Positions 51,301-64,000 of a DNA stretch of 64,000 nucleotides are shown piece by piece. Made by a program: the position numbers and the translations under genes. Source of the stretch: Podarcis bocagei (Eukaryota); NCBI GenBank assembly GCA_964188305.1, contig OZ076889.1, one strand, 5' to 3'. The notes beneath the pieces were generated by a model that worked only from the letters and a program-made list of their open reading frames with translations, made no database searches and was not told the origin of the DNA. How positions within the stretch are numbered: the stretch's first letter is position 1; every line of letters starts with the position of its first letter.

Positions 51301-52295
51301 GGTTCAGTGGCCCCACTGTGGTACCCTCCAGGTGTTTTTGTACTATCACTCCCATAACCCATGACCATTAGCCATACTGGAACTGATAGGAGCTGGAATC
51401 TAACATCATTGGGAGAGTACCACACTGCTGATCCCTGCAGTGGAGTTCCCCCAGTGAACTAGTGGGACTACTTTCAACAGAAAAACACCACATTGGCTAA
51501 GATTTGAGGCCAATGCAAAATTATTCAGAGAGAGGGCAAAATCAATGATTAACAGTTTACAGTAGAATCATGAAAAACTGGGTAATAGGTTTTTGTGTGT
51601 GTGTGTTTTATAGACTGGTCACAAACAAGTGTCACTCATTACAACAAGCCATTAGCACAAATATGACAATTAATACGTGGTCACTTTGAGCATGAGGCTT
51701 GTGCTCTTTTGGGGTCAGGAGTCCATTGCATCCTGCTGTCTGCACCAACAAAACAGAATGAAATAGGCATCTAGGTACCAGGAGGACCCATTGAAGTAGC
51801 CTTGCAAGATATCAAGAGATTGGTCCTGAAAGCTTGGGTTGTTTTTCTCTGCAGGCCAGAGACTAAATCAGACATATTGTCTGTCAAAATTAGCTGGAAA
51901 TTCTGGAATATTCATTAAGAGCCTTTCAGAGCTAGCAGCAACATATTCATGAAAGAAGGAAAGGGCAGAAAATAGAGGGAGGGGAAACAAGGACAAAGAA
52001 CCAAGTTCAATATGGATAATCAGAGCAATGTTTCATGTCATTTCCTATCTAGTTTCCAGAGCACCTGAACTGATGTCACATGAAACAGATAGAAACTGAA
52101 GTAGCCTGAAGAGCACATGCAACCTGTGCCGGTGACATTTACACTGGACTACCTTGCTATGTGCTTTTCTGCAATTGTTGATTCAAGCCAAAATTTGGAT
52201 ACGTGTCCATGAGCAGTACTACATGAGGAAGCTAGAGATTGAATCAGAGCTGGAGCAAAAGATGAGCAAGGAAGCTGAACACTCAATGGGGAGCA

Positions 52296-52340
<45 letters not shown>
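52296..52340. repeat. (GAT)n microsatellite at the L2 3' tail
   Basis: Directly visible; it abuts the L2 3' end. Confidence 0.97.
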
Positions 52341-52341
<1 letters not shown>

Positions 52342-53260
52342 AATACCCTGCCCTCCCCAGCCAAGAATGGGCTTAGGGAGGCTAACACCAAATAAAAAAA
52401 CAATTGATTGAAATACAGCTTAAAAACAAGATTAAAATACAACATTAAAACATTAAAATGCAGCCTCATTTCAGTGGAAACTCAATCAAAAACTCTTTTA
52501 GAGATGAAAACGTCAAGTCTTCACCAAGGCTAACTATCCAGACTGGTCCTACATGGGCCAGGGAAGTCCAACACAGAAGGAGAAAGGAAAAAAGAAAGAA
52601 GAAAGAAGAAAGAAGAAAGAAGAAAGAAGAAAGAAGAAAGAAGAAAGAGGGGGATGGAATCAAATTGATTCCAAGCCAAAGGCCAGGTGGAACAACTCTG
52701 TCTTACAGGCCTGCGGAAAGAAATCAGATCCTGCAGGGCCCTGGTCTCATGAGACAGAGCGTTCCACCAGGCCAGTGTTGAAAAGGCCCTGGCTCTGGTT
52801 GAGGCTAATCTGACTTCCTTAGGGCCCGGACCTCTAGGGTGCTGCTATTTATGGACCTTTGTGGTCCATAAGGTCCTCTGTGGGGCATATCAGGAGAGGC
52901 AGTCCTATAGGTACAATGGTCCTAGGCCGTGAAGGGCTTTAAAGGTCAAAACCAGCACTTTAAATCTGACCCTGTACTCCACCGGGAGCCAGTGCAGCTA
53001 GAAAAGCACTGGGTGAATATGCTCCCATGGCAGAGACCCCGTGAGGAGCCTCGCTGCAGCATTCTGCACCCGCTGGAGTTTCTGGGACAGCTTCAAGGGC
53101 AGCCCCGTGTAGAGTGAATTACAGTAGTCAAGCCTGGATGTGACTGTCACATGGATCACTGTGGCCAGGTCAGGGCGGGAAAGGTAAGGGACCAACTGCT
53201 TGATGCGGTGAAGGTGGAAAAATGTCGCCTTGGCTGTTGCTGTAACCTGCGCCCCCAGGT
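52341..53260 (-). mobile_element. L2 LINE, 5'-truncated, about 0.9 kb, with an internal (AAGAAAG)n expansion at 52592-52647
   Basis: ORF 52998..53195 encodes DLATVIHVTVTSRLDYCNSLYTGLPLKLSQKLQRVQNAAARLLTG, the diagnostic L2 ORF2 C-terminal motif. It is followed by the 3' UTR and a repeat tail. Confidence 0.92.
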
Positions 53261-53319
53261 TAACCCAGCAAAGGTCCAGAGAAGACCACGAGGCTTACAT
53301 TCTCACTACCAACTCCTCC

Positions 53320-53694
53320 TTTAACTGGTCACCTTCTGGGTTATGATTCATAGTCGAGTCTTCTTCCTTCTCCCACATACAATCTTGCACTCAAATGAGT
53401 TCACTGGTGATGAAGCCTTCAGGAAGCCAGACACACATATACCAGCTTTAGGATTCCTATTGGGTTCATGCCACCTTTATTTTTAAGGGCTTGGTGACAT
53501 AGGGGAAGAATCAGGATCAAGGCTAGACTGGGCTGTGGTCTGACAAAACATCCATGAGCTGAGGCACTTTCGGCTGCTTTGGGACTTTTGTGGGTTCCTC
53601 CAGAGCCTCAGTTGTATTGGGGTTCTCCGCATGGTCCTATACCTCTTCCTCAGAGGAGGTCTTTCTGAGATCTGGGTGGAGTGGGATCCTGACA
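53320..53694 (-). mobile_element. Possible LTR-like fragment
   Basis: Minus strand starts TGTCAGGA at 53694 and has AATAAA near 53476. The other terminus and a TSD were not found. Confidence 0.3.
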
Positions 53695-53893
53695 ATAGGT
53701 GAGGTCAAGAGATGATAACATGCTGCAAGCATGGAGCAAGAAACTTACAATGCACAGAGGAAATTGAAATGCTGCTAATTAAGGAAGCAGAATATAAACT
53801 TGAGAGACTTCATATTTTTTCTAGTCTGGTATGGATACCAAAGGCCAAGAGACACACACCTTTGCCAGTTAAGAAAAGCAGCTATTTAAACAC

Positions 53894-53912
53894 AGAGAGA
53901 GAGAGAGTAGGA

Positions 53913-53960
<48 letters not shown>
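53894..53960. repeat. (GA)n microsatellite
   Basis: Directly visible. Confidence 0.95.
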
Positions 53961-53964
<4 letters not shown>

Positions 53965-56004
53965 AGGGGTGTGTGGATCCTTTCACCATAGCAAGTCCAG
54001 GAGAGAGTCTAGGATAACCTGACAGGGAACAGGCACATCAATCAGGCAAAAGCAAGGTAGAGTAAGACTAAGGAACACAAAAGAGCTAGCAAGAAGGTTC
54101 AAGGGATGGCAAGGAAGCTCTAAGCAGGAAGGTTGACCAGCAGCCTCTACCTTTTTCCTTTTAGTTGGTGTTGGCCTCTGGTAAATGTTTCCAAGATCTG
54201 AGCAGCAGGAAGCTATTTCCAAGAATTTGGGAATTCAATATTTGATGCGAGTATAGAACATCCAGTAAAAAGCAAACTTCAAACAATGAGACATAAGAAT
54301 ATAAAACTGAATCAGGACAGAATCAAAGGTGTCGTACAACACTAAGCAGGACCAGGAAAACAATTAGAGAGTGGCATGTGACAATGACAAAAGGTGCTAA
54401 AAATAAGGAGCCACTGTTGTGGTAGGCAAATGCTCATTATGTGCTTGCAGAGACAATGTAGCATGAAAGACTGAGAAACTAGCTTAAAGATGCAACAATA
54501 TGTAAGGATTCAGAGCACTTGGAGAGCCTCCAATTCACAAGTGTGAACAGAGAGAGCAAAGGTGCATTAGCGGAAGGCATTAAGAGGAAACAGGAGGGAG
54601 AGGAGACCAATGGCATGGCCTTGTCATGCCAAGTTCCAAACAGAATCCAGCACAGCTGGTAACAAGCTACGGACGTCTTCCCTGCAGCCTAGGGAAGCGG
54701 GCAAATGGGCCTGCGGCCAATCTGCTCCCTGTAACTAGAGCGAGCCAGTGTCTGTGTGTGTGCATTCATGTTCCGCTTGAGCTGAAGCTCGGTGTTAAAT
54801 TCAATGCCTTGAGTATTGATTTCCTCGCACATGCAGAACTTTGTTAAAGGGTTTGTTGTGAACTGAGATCAAAGGGAGGTTAACTCACTTCTCATAAGTG
54901 ATAAAACAGACCTCAAGAAAAATTCTGCCATCCGGTCAATCCTCAGAGGACAGCAAGCAAGAGCTGTTAGTTACTCTTGTGTTGCCATTGTAAGGCTGCA
55001 AGCCATGAAGCTTCTGAATAAAGCTGGGATAAAAAAGAGCCCAACTCCTCACAGTGCCCTATATATCATCGTGTGGAAATTCCAAAACCACCCTCACCAT
55101 TTCATCTCTAATGTCTCATTCCCAAAGTGAGAGGAAAGGAGTTCATCAACTTATATCTAGGAGCTAGCAAAGGAGATGCTTCTGTCCTTGTCAGTGGTGG
55201 CTTCTTAATGAAGGGTGTCTCTAATCATTGGAAATTTATATTAAGACCGGAATACATGTCTTGTATAGCCCCTAGTACTGGCCAAAGTCAACATCATATT
55301 ACTAGGATAAATGCATCAGGCCAACCGAGTAAGTCTGCTTGGCTTTAGTTTCCTTCTTAAATATCTTTAGACAAATGAACCACATTCTATTTCTATAATT
55401 TATATAATATCATTAGTGTACACAGCACTTTTATAGTGTTGCCTAATCTAAAACGTCAGTTGCCAACACCTTTGGATTATATAGGGCAGCTTGGATCTTT
55501 TAAACAATCCAAAGCAGGTTTTCAACTCTCTCTATCACAGCTCTGCTAAAGAAGCAGCCTTGCTGGGGTAGCAAAAATACATAATCTGATAGAACAGCAC
55601 TCCAGCAGAGGAGATGGGGAGAACAAGCCTCGTAAGGAATAAAAAGGGGGGAAATAATAATGTAGGGAGATGAGCAAAGTGGAGTGAGGAACCTTGCTGG
55701 ACTTTTGTCTCTTTTATTTTTCAGCTAGACAAGCACCCTCACGCAATAGTCACACGGTATGGAAGAAGAACCAAGTTCACCAAATGGCATGGCAGAACTG
55801 ACCTATTGACATGGATACTGGTGGCTGCCAGAATGTCAACTGCCTCAAAATGGAAAACCTTAAGGGACTTGCAACTCTTGCTGTGGTATAAAAATATGTG
55901 GATTTTAGCACTAGCTGAAAAAAGAATGCATGAATTAAGTGTCGCTAAAGGCTAAAGGCTAAAGTGTCGCTAAAAAATTATATGCTGTTTAGTGGGATTT
56001 TATC

Positions 56005-56047
<43 letters not shown>
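56005..56047. repeat. (TA)n(TG)n microsatellite
   Basis: Directly visible. Confidence 0.95.
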
Positions 56048-56051
<4 letters not shown>

Positions 56052-56955
56052 ACAAATACAGACGTACAGGACTCCCTCCCAACAGTACAACATGAAATCT
56101 GGCTTTCCTAATGGTCTTAAGTATTCCAGATATAGTGTGCTGATTTTTTGAATTTGTACTTCTATTATTTTTATTCCATTTCTTTGTTTGACTTACTTCA
56201 AGAAAAAATATTTTAAAAACCAATCAAATCTTAAGCAATATTCAATAGGTGCTGGGAACACTTGTATGATCACATTTGATACAGGAATTGCAATAGAAAG
56301 ATTTGCTTTAGTTTAAGAGTAGTGGGAGCCTTATTTTCCTGTGTACAAAAATGAAATTCTAATACTGAAAAGAGTGAGGGAAGTCTGGATCCCACACTAC
56401 AAATAGGTAACAATTGCATCTTTATTGCACACAATATGTATGTGCACTCAAACCTGAGCCCTGCAGGTTTAAAATCTCAATTGCCCCACCTTGTGTTACC
56501 ATCTAGCTTCTGCCTGGATACTTTATCTGAATCAAATGCCGGCAGTGTTTATAGAGCAATTGCTGTGTGTTCTCCACTTGCACAGTGATGAAGATTTCAC
56601 TTAAACTCTCAACATCTGCACATTTCAACTAAATTAGGCCATTCGCTATAAAAGAGCACAATGACAGTAATGGAATAATAACAGCATTAATAAAACACAA
56701 CAATCCTTGGATGAGGAGCAGATGCATTCACAAGCTTCAGAGACAGAGAGAGGGAGGGAGAAAATGAGGCTGTTTAGAAAGTCATACAATGCACATTCAG
56801 GTCTTGGGGGGGACCAACAACGAAGACAGGGTCAGGAGAAAATTGTATTTTAACCTTACGTGAAAGTCTTCCTGACCCCAGAAAGTTCTATTCTCACCAG
56901 AGGAAAAGGTTTCATTGGGAAAACATAAGTTTGTAATGGGCATCCAAGGAGCACG

Positions 56956-56956
<1 letters not shown>

Positions 56957-57035
<79 letters not shown>
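56957..57035. repeat. (CA)n(GA)n compound microsatellite
   Basis: Directly visible. Confidence 0.97.
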
Positions 57036-57037
<2 letters not shown>

Positions 57038-57999
57038 TGGGGGACCTGCAGCCCTGGAATCACATGCAGCCCTTAGCCTAACTTTAAAAGCCCTTTTCAA
57101 GCAATCAGTTTGAACCTCTGGCAAGAGCAGCTGACAGACAAGGAACACAAGCAGCAAGGAGAGAGACAAAGGGTGGCAGGAAGTGAATGTTAAGGGGTGC
57201 CCCTGCCTGCAATCACTACTAGTTTCTGGCTTCATACCACCATGTGGCTCTTGAAATATCACCTGTGAGGCCATGTGGCCACCAATAGCAAAAAAACAAA
57301 CACCCCCATTGTCCTCTCCTTATCTACATTAAAGTACGTACTCCAAATTCTACTGTTGGGAAGCCTTGTGGGCCAAACAAAATATGCAAAAGGGCAATTT
57401 GCAATAATCTACAGGTGGTAATAAAGTTCACTAGCTGGCAAGAGTTCTTGAACTGCACTAGGCAAACGAGTAAATGCTAAAAAGGTTTATTTAGGGGGGA
57501 AATAGAATACAAAATGAGGTGCACACCACACAATAATTGCATGGAAACTGAGTTCGAATACCAACTCAGAGATAGAAAACATTATGTCAAGACAAAATTC
57601 TGAGTTAGCAGAGCTAAAATAGAGTGAGTAATCAATTGGCAGGTAAATATTTCCACCATCAGAGAGAGCAAAGCAAGTCTTCCATTCATAGCAATGGATT
57701 AGGAAAATTCAAAATAAATATCCTCCAAAATGCTGTTTCCCAAGATATAGATTCATACCTTTTATCATAGGCGAAAGCCCAGTTTCAGCTGTATCTAATG
57801 ACCAGTGAGTCAGATGAGACCCAAACTGGAAAAGGTGGCTCACATATTAAAACCCGATTTTCAATGTGGATGATGGTGGTGATGTGGGTGTGTGGGTTGG
57901 GACTGGCAAGTAGGTAGGAGGCCAGGTACAGTAGCTTCTTCAAAGCTCCCAGATGCTTCACTTGAATCATAGCCTCAATCTGCCACCTCCTCCTTACCA

Positions 58000-59300
58000 A
58001 TGCCAATCAATATCCCACAATTTGAATGTCTCCTCCTTCTTTGTTCCACTATGCCATATTTTGCAATTAGGTTGCAATATCTGACCTGTTGGTTTTTTCC
58101 GTGGAATGTTCCCCAAAACGACAGACAAGCCTAATTTGCCCAGTTCATTCAGTTAATTTGCTAAATTTGGGTTTGGCATTCCAATGAATGAAGGTCTGTA
58201 CCCAATATCCAGCAGCTTCAACAAGTTACACAACGTTGCGTTCTGATCTCTATATTTGAAGTGGTCTCACACGTTCACTTCGCCAACTACTACTTGGCAA
58301 AGAAAGTGATTAAGGTTGTGATTTGCAGTTTATTTAAAGGAGTGGACACATGGAGGTTCAGTTATTTTAAATACCCACAGCTACCACTCTTCTCAGAAGT
58401 GAAAGGCTGAAACGTGCTTACTTTTATTCCCTTTTCTTTTATCAATGTGCTCCTTTAACTTTTATGTTCTGAATCATTCTGAAATTGCCTTTGGGTTGAA
58501 CAATAACATGAAGGACATTTTGCCAGCTTCTTTGTGAATTATGAGCATGCCAAAAAACATCCCTCCAATTTGTGAACAGAGGAAATAATTGTCTCCCCCT
58601 TATCTGCCCCATCCTCTCACATAAAAACGCAGCAAAAATAAAACACGTAGAATTCTAACATTCAACATGAAGCTGTAATCATTAAACAAACATTGAAATA
58701 CATAATTCAGCCCAGCCAGAAAATGCACCTATCATGCATGCAGGGGTATCATAGTCCTGTTTTTTTCTGCCAAGTTATCTAGTCTGGCTCAGTATTTCTG
58801 CCAATATTACCTGTGGCAGTTAGCATTGCTCTAAGGGCAATTTTTGCAAGGGTGGGGGAGACAATATTTCACCTGTTTAGTTGCAGCTCACCTAATGCAC
58901 AAGCGGAGCGCACTATCTCTACTCATAATTTCTTAACAGAGCTAAGAGAAATGGGGGAAATGAAAGAGACCAAAGAACCAGTTGCCCAGGACACAAACAC
59001 GGTTGCAAAAATCTTTGTTGACACTACAATTTCTTCTTCCTCTGCTGATTTTTAGCCATCTCTGCTTCTCCCCTGAGGTGCCTCAGGTGATTGAATGAAA
59101 TACAACCCTCAGCTCCAATAAGCGTATTTCAATTACATCTGTCAACACATAACGACGTAATGATATATCATGTGATATTAAATCCATGGTAATCATATCA
59201 GTGATTTTTTTATAGTGTGCTAATCATGTTATTACATCTCAATAATTAACAACAAAAGATCTGGAAATCTCCGTTACTGTGCTCATTATGTCCTATGCTG
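58000..59300. promoter_or_regulatory. Putative conserved non-coding blocks (AT-rich)
   Basis: Long repeat-free stretch with CAATTAG, CTAATT, GTTAATT, GATTAA, CATTAA, GTAATC, CTAATC and AATAATTAAC. Inference only. Confidence 0.3.
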
Positions 59301-61949
59301 CATACGAAAAGCCCATAGGATGCCAGGAGGGCAGGGACTGGACATCTTAGGCTCACGAGGCAACTGTCAGGCACTGAATGGGAAGAGCAAGAACACACTA
59401 AGTATGAGGTGATGGTGATTATTTTTGCCTCTTGTGTCTTCTAGAATGAAGACAGACAAGTCAATGATGAGGGAGAAAAGAGATGAGCAGCAATGCTACC
59501 ACTGTGTTTCAGACTGAAATCATCATTAGTGGCTATCACGATTAAATCTTAGGTTTAGGTAAGGAAGAAGCACAGCAGATAGTGACCCTCTGTGTCCCCA
59601 ACCAGTACAGATCTGCTTAGCAGCCAGTATTCTCCTCCCTTACCTGCCTATGGTAAAACTAAAGATCAACCCGATTCGACTTTTATGTGACTAAAGGGGT
59701 GGGGAACGCAAGTGTCAAAATTAATTCAGATTACAGCATATCATACCCTCCAGAAAAGGGCAACCTACTGCCTTCCTCCAATGATTTTGTTGGAACTCGT
59801 CCTTAAACCGTGGATCAGTGCTTTATTTACATGGGAACTGTTTGCTCAGTGGGCCAATTGATCCATTCTACAAGCAGGAAATCATAGTCTTGGAGAGCAA
59901 GCTGAGTGCCCAAGCTGCACACTCCTAAAGTCAAGATGGCTGTAAGATGTACAGAGAGAAATACAGGGATTATGTGGTTCCAAATCCAAACTGGGGAGAC
60001 TTGAGGAGAATAGTGTTATTTGGGAGGTATATTCCTAGCTTGCCTGGAAGAGGGCAAGGTATTCAAAAGTTACCTGAGGGAGAGAAGGCTACTCTCTGGC
60101 TGCAATAGAGCTTTTACACTTATCCCATTTGCAGCCTGATCAATCTAGCAGTTTCCACTCATGAGCTGATCTGAGAGAGCCTCATTACCTGCCTTAAAGT
60201 TGCAGCCATGCACTTAGCTCTTAAAGATGGGATTTCAGGAATATCTGACTGATCATTTCTCTTCTCATTTATTTCTGCTGCCCTGAACCAATTCAACCTG
60301 TAAAGTCGAAAGAGGAAGAATAAGTTGGAACATATTTGCAGAGCTCCTGCCACACTCTGCTCTTGACTTCCTGCATCCTTTTGCAAATCACCCCTACTGG
60401 ATGCCATGCAAGTGGGGAGCTATGCCTACAACTCAATTGTGTCAAATGGTAACAAGGAATAGAAGATGCCCCACTCCATTGCTGGCGAAGGGAACAGAAT
60501 ACTATCAGGGAAGCCCACTGAGTTACAATTCCTGAGAATCTCTCCCAAGAAGTATGAAGCTTGTCACACTGACAAGACTACTCTTGCCTCAGTGAGATAG
60601 AAACTGCTAGCCTTCTGTCTGGAAGCAGGGAAAAGCAGTTTCTCTCCACCATGGGAGGCTACAAACCAAATTTAAATAAAATAAAAAACAAGTTTTGTTT
60701 CTCAGGAACAGAATTATGGGCCAGATTTCGGACTGTATAGTATGGTCATACCCATTGCTTTTTCCCCTAAAAAATGTTTTGACTCAAGAAAATCACCATT
60801 TTATAGTTCAAATTGGGAAAAATAAATACGGTAAATGGACAAAAGAACAAAGATTCACAAAATGTTTAGGGGTATGCGTACCCCCAGGAAAAAAAGCATT
60901 GGTCATACCATTGGTCTTAACATATCTGTACATTCAGTGTGTGAATCCAGGAAGCTGCTTTATTCTGAGGTCAGATCTAAGGCCAACCCTAGTTAGTGAC
61001 CGATGAGGTACAACCCTCTTTTGGGCCTAAATCACTTCAGCTTTGATACAATTCTTGTTTGAAGACCCGCATATATACACATCCAATACAAAGAGAACAT
61101 CCCTTGTAAAAATCCTCCTCTCTGATATTGTCAGACAAGACAATTAGCCATCTCTGAGGTGGAACCATTTTTGTGTAATGTGCACACAGGCAACTCACCA
61201 TGCGAAAACCATGTGACAAGGGGCCTATGAAAGCCTTGCACTGTGTCAATCACAGTACATTTCATCTCATCAGCAGTTCCTGGCACTAGGAGAACAGAAC
61301 CTGTAGATTACAAGTCAACAAGCACAGTATCTCAGTCAACACTACAAGGATCCACTTTACTGACCGTTATTAGCACCACCTTGACATTGCCTGTGAAAAG
61401 GGTTCAGTGACAGGAACATACTCTGTTAGGGGACAGTCCACAGGAGCAGCTTCCCCTGTATATGGGGGACTATGGCCTATCCTCAGAATGCAGCAAGAGT
61501 GGAATGCATTGTGAGCCAGGGTAGACATTAATAAAGCCATAGCCATTTCTGTGAGCACAGCAGCACTTTACAAGAACTGATCCTGGTTGCCCTTGTGTAA
61601 CAACCCAATTTCACAGAAACATTTCCCTTTGCAATCATGACTGAAGAGAACCTGAATCCGTACATAAGGGAGAAACAGCAACAGTAAGTAAAGAAGAACA
61701 ACGCAATCAGGAAATGCTTCATTACTTTGTACTTTCAGTTAAAGCAGGCAAGAGGGAGACCATTCTGCTTACCCATACAAATCTTTTACATACAATAAGT
61801 GCTGGAAAAAATATTCAAGTCGCATATGTCAATCCAGCTCCATACTTTTTTTCTTGGTCCCTGCCCTCTTTGCTTTTATTGAATGTCATCTGATGAAGAG
61901 TTGGAGAGTTGGAGAGGGGGCTCAAACGTGTGCACACTGTTTTGTAAGA

Positions 61950-62125
61950 TAAAGGTATTGCTCTAATAAAGATTTTGAATTTTCTCCTATAGGCCAAAAC
62001 AGCTACCTTGCCTGTGGCACCTGCAACAGTGCCAGTTTCACAGATTGAATCCATCGATAGTCTAAAGAAATCCCACAAGTAAACTGGTTTCAAGGTGTTC
62101 AAGACTTTATAAACTATGAAATAAC
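61950..62125 (-). mobile_element. Degraded L2 LINE fragment
   Basis: Minus-strand FIVYKVLNTLKPVYLWD resembles the L2 LTYKALNGLGPGYLRD motif. Confidence 0.5.
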
Positions 62126-63197
62126 TTTGAGGGAACTCCTCCCACACTCCATCTCTTAAGACTCCAACCAGATGCAAATATGGATAACTTGCTTAACAAT
62201 CTTGTTTTCCTCTTCTTTCCCCAACTCTCCCAAACTGAGTACCTTAGCATCTAACACAGGACTGGAAAAACTATGGCATTCCTGATATCACTGGACTACA
62301 ACTCCCATCATTCCTGACCATTGGCCATGCTGGCAGAGCATCTGGAGGGCCATACGTTCTCTGCTCTTGATCTAGCCTAATGAAGGTTTCTAGAGAACTA
62401 CAAAACATTGGTTGACCTACAAAACCTATTGACCTAATGTGTATTTTGGATTTTATTTCTAGGTAGAATTTGATGTGGACACCACACTTGCTACACTGAT
62501 AGAGCTTTTATTTAATTTTCAGTAAACGTTTGCCTCCTTGAAGTACAATCTTTTTAATAGTGGGCATGCCTCATTAACTCTGCCTTGAGAATCAGAAGCA
62601 GCAAATGCAGGATGGTGTGGTACTACTGGGGAGGGGAATGTCCATTGTTTTGCTGTTAAAGGGAGACTTTCAGAGAAGATCCTGCAAGAAACCATTTTGT
62701 TTTCCCTAAGTTTGAAATCACTCACATCAACCCAATTCCACCCTACTCCACATGTGACCAACTAACAATAATGAAGTTGGTCAAGACTTGGAAACAACTT
62801 ATATAAAGCTGAAACTCCTGTCCATCAATGTTTGACCCGACCTAAATGGAATTCAGGTTATTCCTTGAACCCAGTTTTATAAAGATCTATTCCATGCCCT
62901 CTTCACCAACTTCCATGCAAAGTCAACCTGGTCAGTTTTCTTCTATCACTTGCAGGGGGAAAACCTTGGTAGGAAACTGTGTGTACTCTAACCGCATGCA
63001 AAACAGGGATGTATTGAATAGGCCCTTTGCTAATCTGGGGTGAAGCAAGTGGGGTTTGATATTTTGCATAACTCACTGTCATATCCCTATGAATAGTGTG
63101 AGAAGAATATTTTTCTTCTTTAAAAATGCTTAATTTCTGAGATGAGTTACTGACCATTTGTTTTCTAGCTTATTTATGCATCCCTAAGGACTAGTGA

Positions 63198-63574
63198 GGG
63201 ACGCAGGTGGCGCTGTGGGTAAAACCTCAGTGCCTAGGACTTGCCAATCGCATGGTCGGCGGTTCGGATCCCCACGGCGGGGTGCGCTCCCGTCTTTCGG
63301 TCCCAGCTCCTGCCAACCTAGCAGTTCAAAAGCACTCCTAAGTGCAAGTAGATAAATAGGTATCGCTTTATAGCGGGAAGGTAAACGGCGTTTCCGTGTG
63401 CTGCGCTGGTGCTGGCTCGCCAGAGCAGCTTCGTCACGCTGGCCACGTGACCCAGAAATGTCTCCGGACAGCGCTGGCCCCCGGCCTCTTAAGTGAGATG
63501 GGCGCACAACCCTAGAGTCGGACACGACTGGCCCGTACGGGCAGGGGTACCTTTACCTTTACCTTTTTTACCTT
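63198..63574 (+). mobile_element. Sauria SINE, full length, young
   Basis: Head GGGACGCAGGTGGCGCTGTGGG (A box) and GGTTCGGATCC (B box), CpG-rich body and (ACCTTT)n tail. TSD TAAGGACTAGT at 63185-63195 and 63575-63585. Confidence 0.95.
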
Positions 63575-64000
63575 TAAGGACTAGTAACATGAAAAATAAA
63601 ATAAAAGAGAGTCTGAGAATTCTGGATTCTGAGTTTCTTCCATATAGCCATAGTCATGCAGAACACACATAGCTTTGTCTATATGAGTCAGGCACATGGA
63701 GGGAAATGTTCCTGTGTGGGTCTTCAGCCAGCACGACAGCATACAAATTTTAAATACTCAAGCTGTTCAAAGGATCAGCAGAAGGCCTCCTTATCACACT
63801 CATAATTTAGAATAGAAGCTCTTGTACATGATACAATCCCACACCACTGGAGAATGTGTGAATACTGCAACCACGGGGGGGGGGGCATTGTGGGGAAGGA
63901 GAGATTGACAATATAATGGAACACTCTCACCAGACCATTGCCCACACTCCCATCAGGGAAGCAATTAGGTGGTATATACCTAGGGAATCAGTCCCACACA

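Noticed and set aside
52149-52813. ORFs with poly-Ile and KKKEERR repeats
   Set aside because: They are translations of (GAT)n and (AAGAAAG)n microsatellites associated with an L2 element.
55938-55975. aagtgtcgctaaag-gctaaag-gctaaag-tgtcgctaaa micro-repeat
   Set aside because: It fits simple slippage or repair duplication, with no further structure.
63198-63275. tRNA gene
   Set aside because: The A/B boxes belong to the tRNA-derived head of a Sauria SINE; the same applies at 15232, 105 and near 51250.
1-64000. The 60-170 aa ORFs of the six-frame track as genes
   Set aside because: Their lengths are typical of chance ORFs, many start at non-ATG codons, and none resembles a cellular protein I recognise. 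The recognisable ones are LINE fragments.

Overview
This is eukaryotic, non-coding DNA from a squamate reptile, probably a lacertid lizard. The assignment rests on Sauria SINEs with (ACCTTT)n tails and on lizard-type hAT and Tc1/mariner MITEs. I found no convincing cellular protein-coding gene. The only recognisable protein motifs are decayed LINE fragments: CR1 ORF1 and endonuclease, L2 RT C-terminus, and RTE C-terminus. The window is a mosaic of transposon relics (a solo LTR, SINEs, CR1/L2/RTE/Penelope fragments, MITEs) and microsatellites. Between them lie many repeat-free blocks rich in homeodomain, TALE and POU motifs, which look like conserved non-coding enhancers. This suggests a large intron, possibly of a minus-strand gene, or a gene desert near a developmental regulator; I cannot name the locus. 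The most unusual observations are four. (1) An ungapped 54-bp motif module (TAATTA-TGTCA-AATGCGC-TGACAG) occurs twice, 4.1 kb apart, in unrelated flanks. (2) A second 43-bp dispersed duplicate lies 1.4 kb from its partner. (3) A 74-nt minus-strand exon candidate has strong splice sites but stops in all three frames. (4) A young CpG-rich hAT MITE has perfect TIRs and TSD. Repeat family names come from recalled consensus motifs, not database searches. All enhancer calls are inference, and repeat boundaries without a TSD are approximate.
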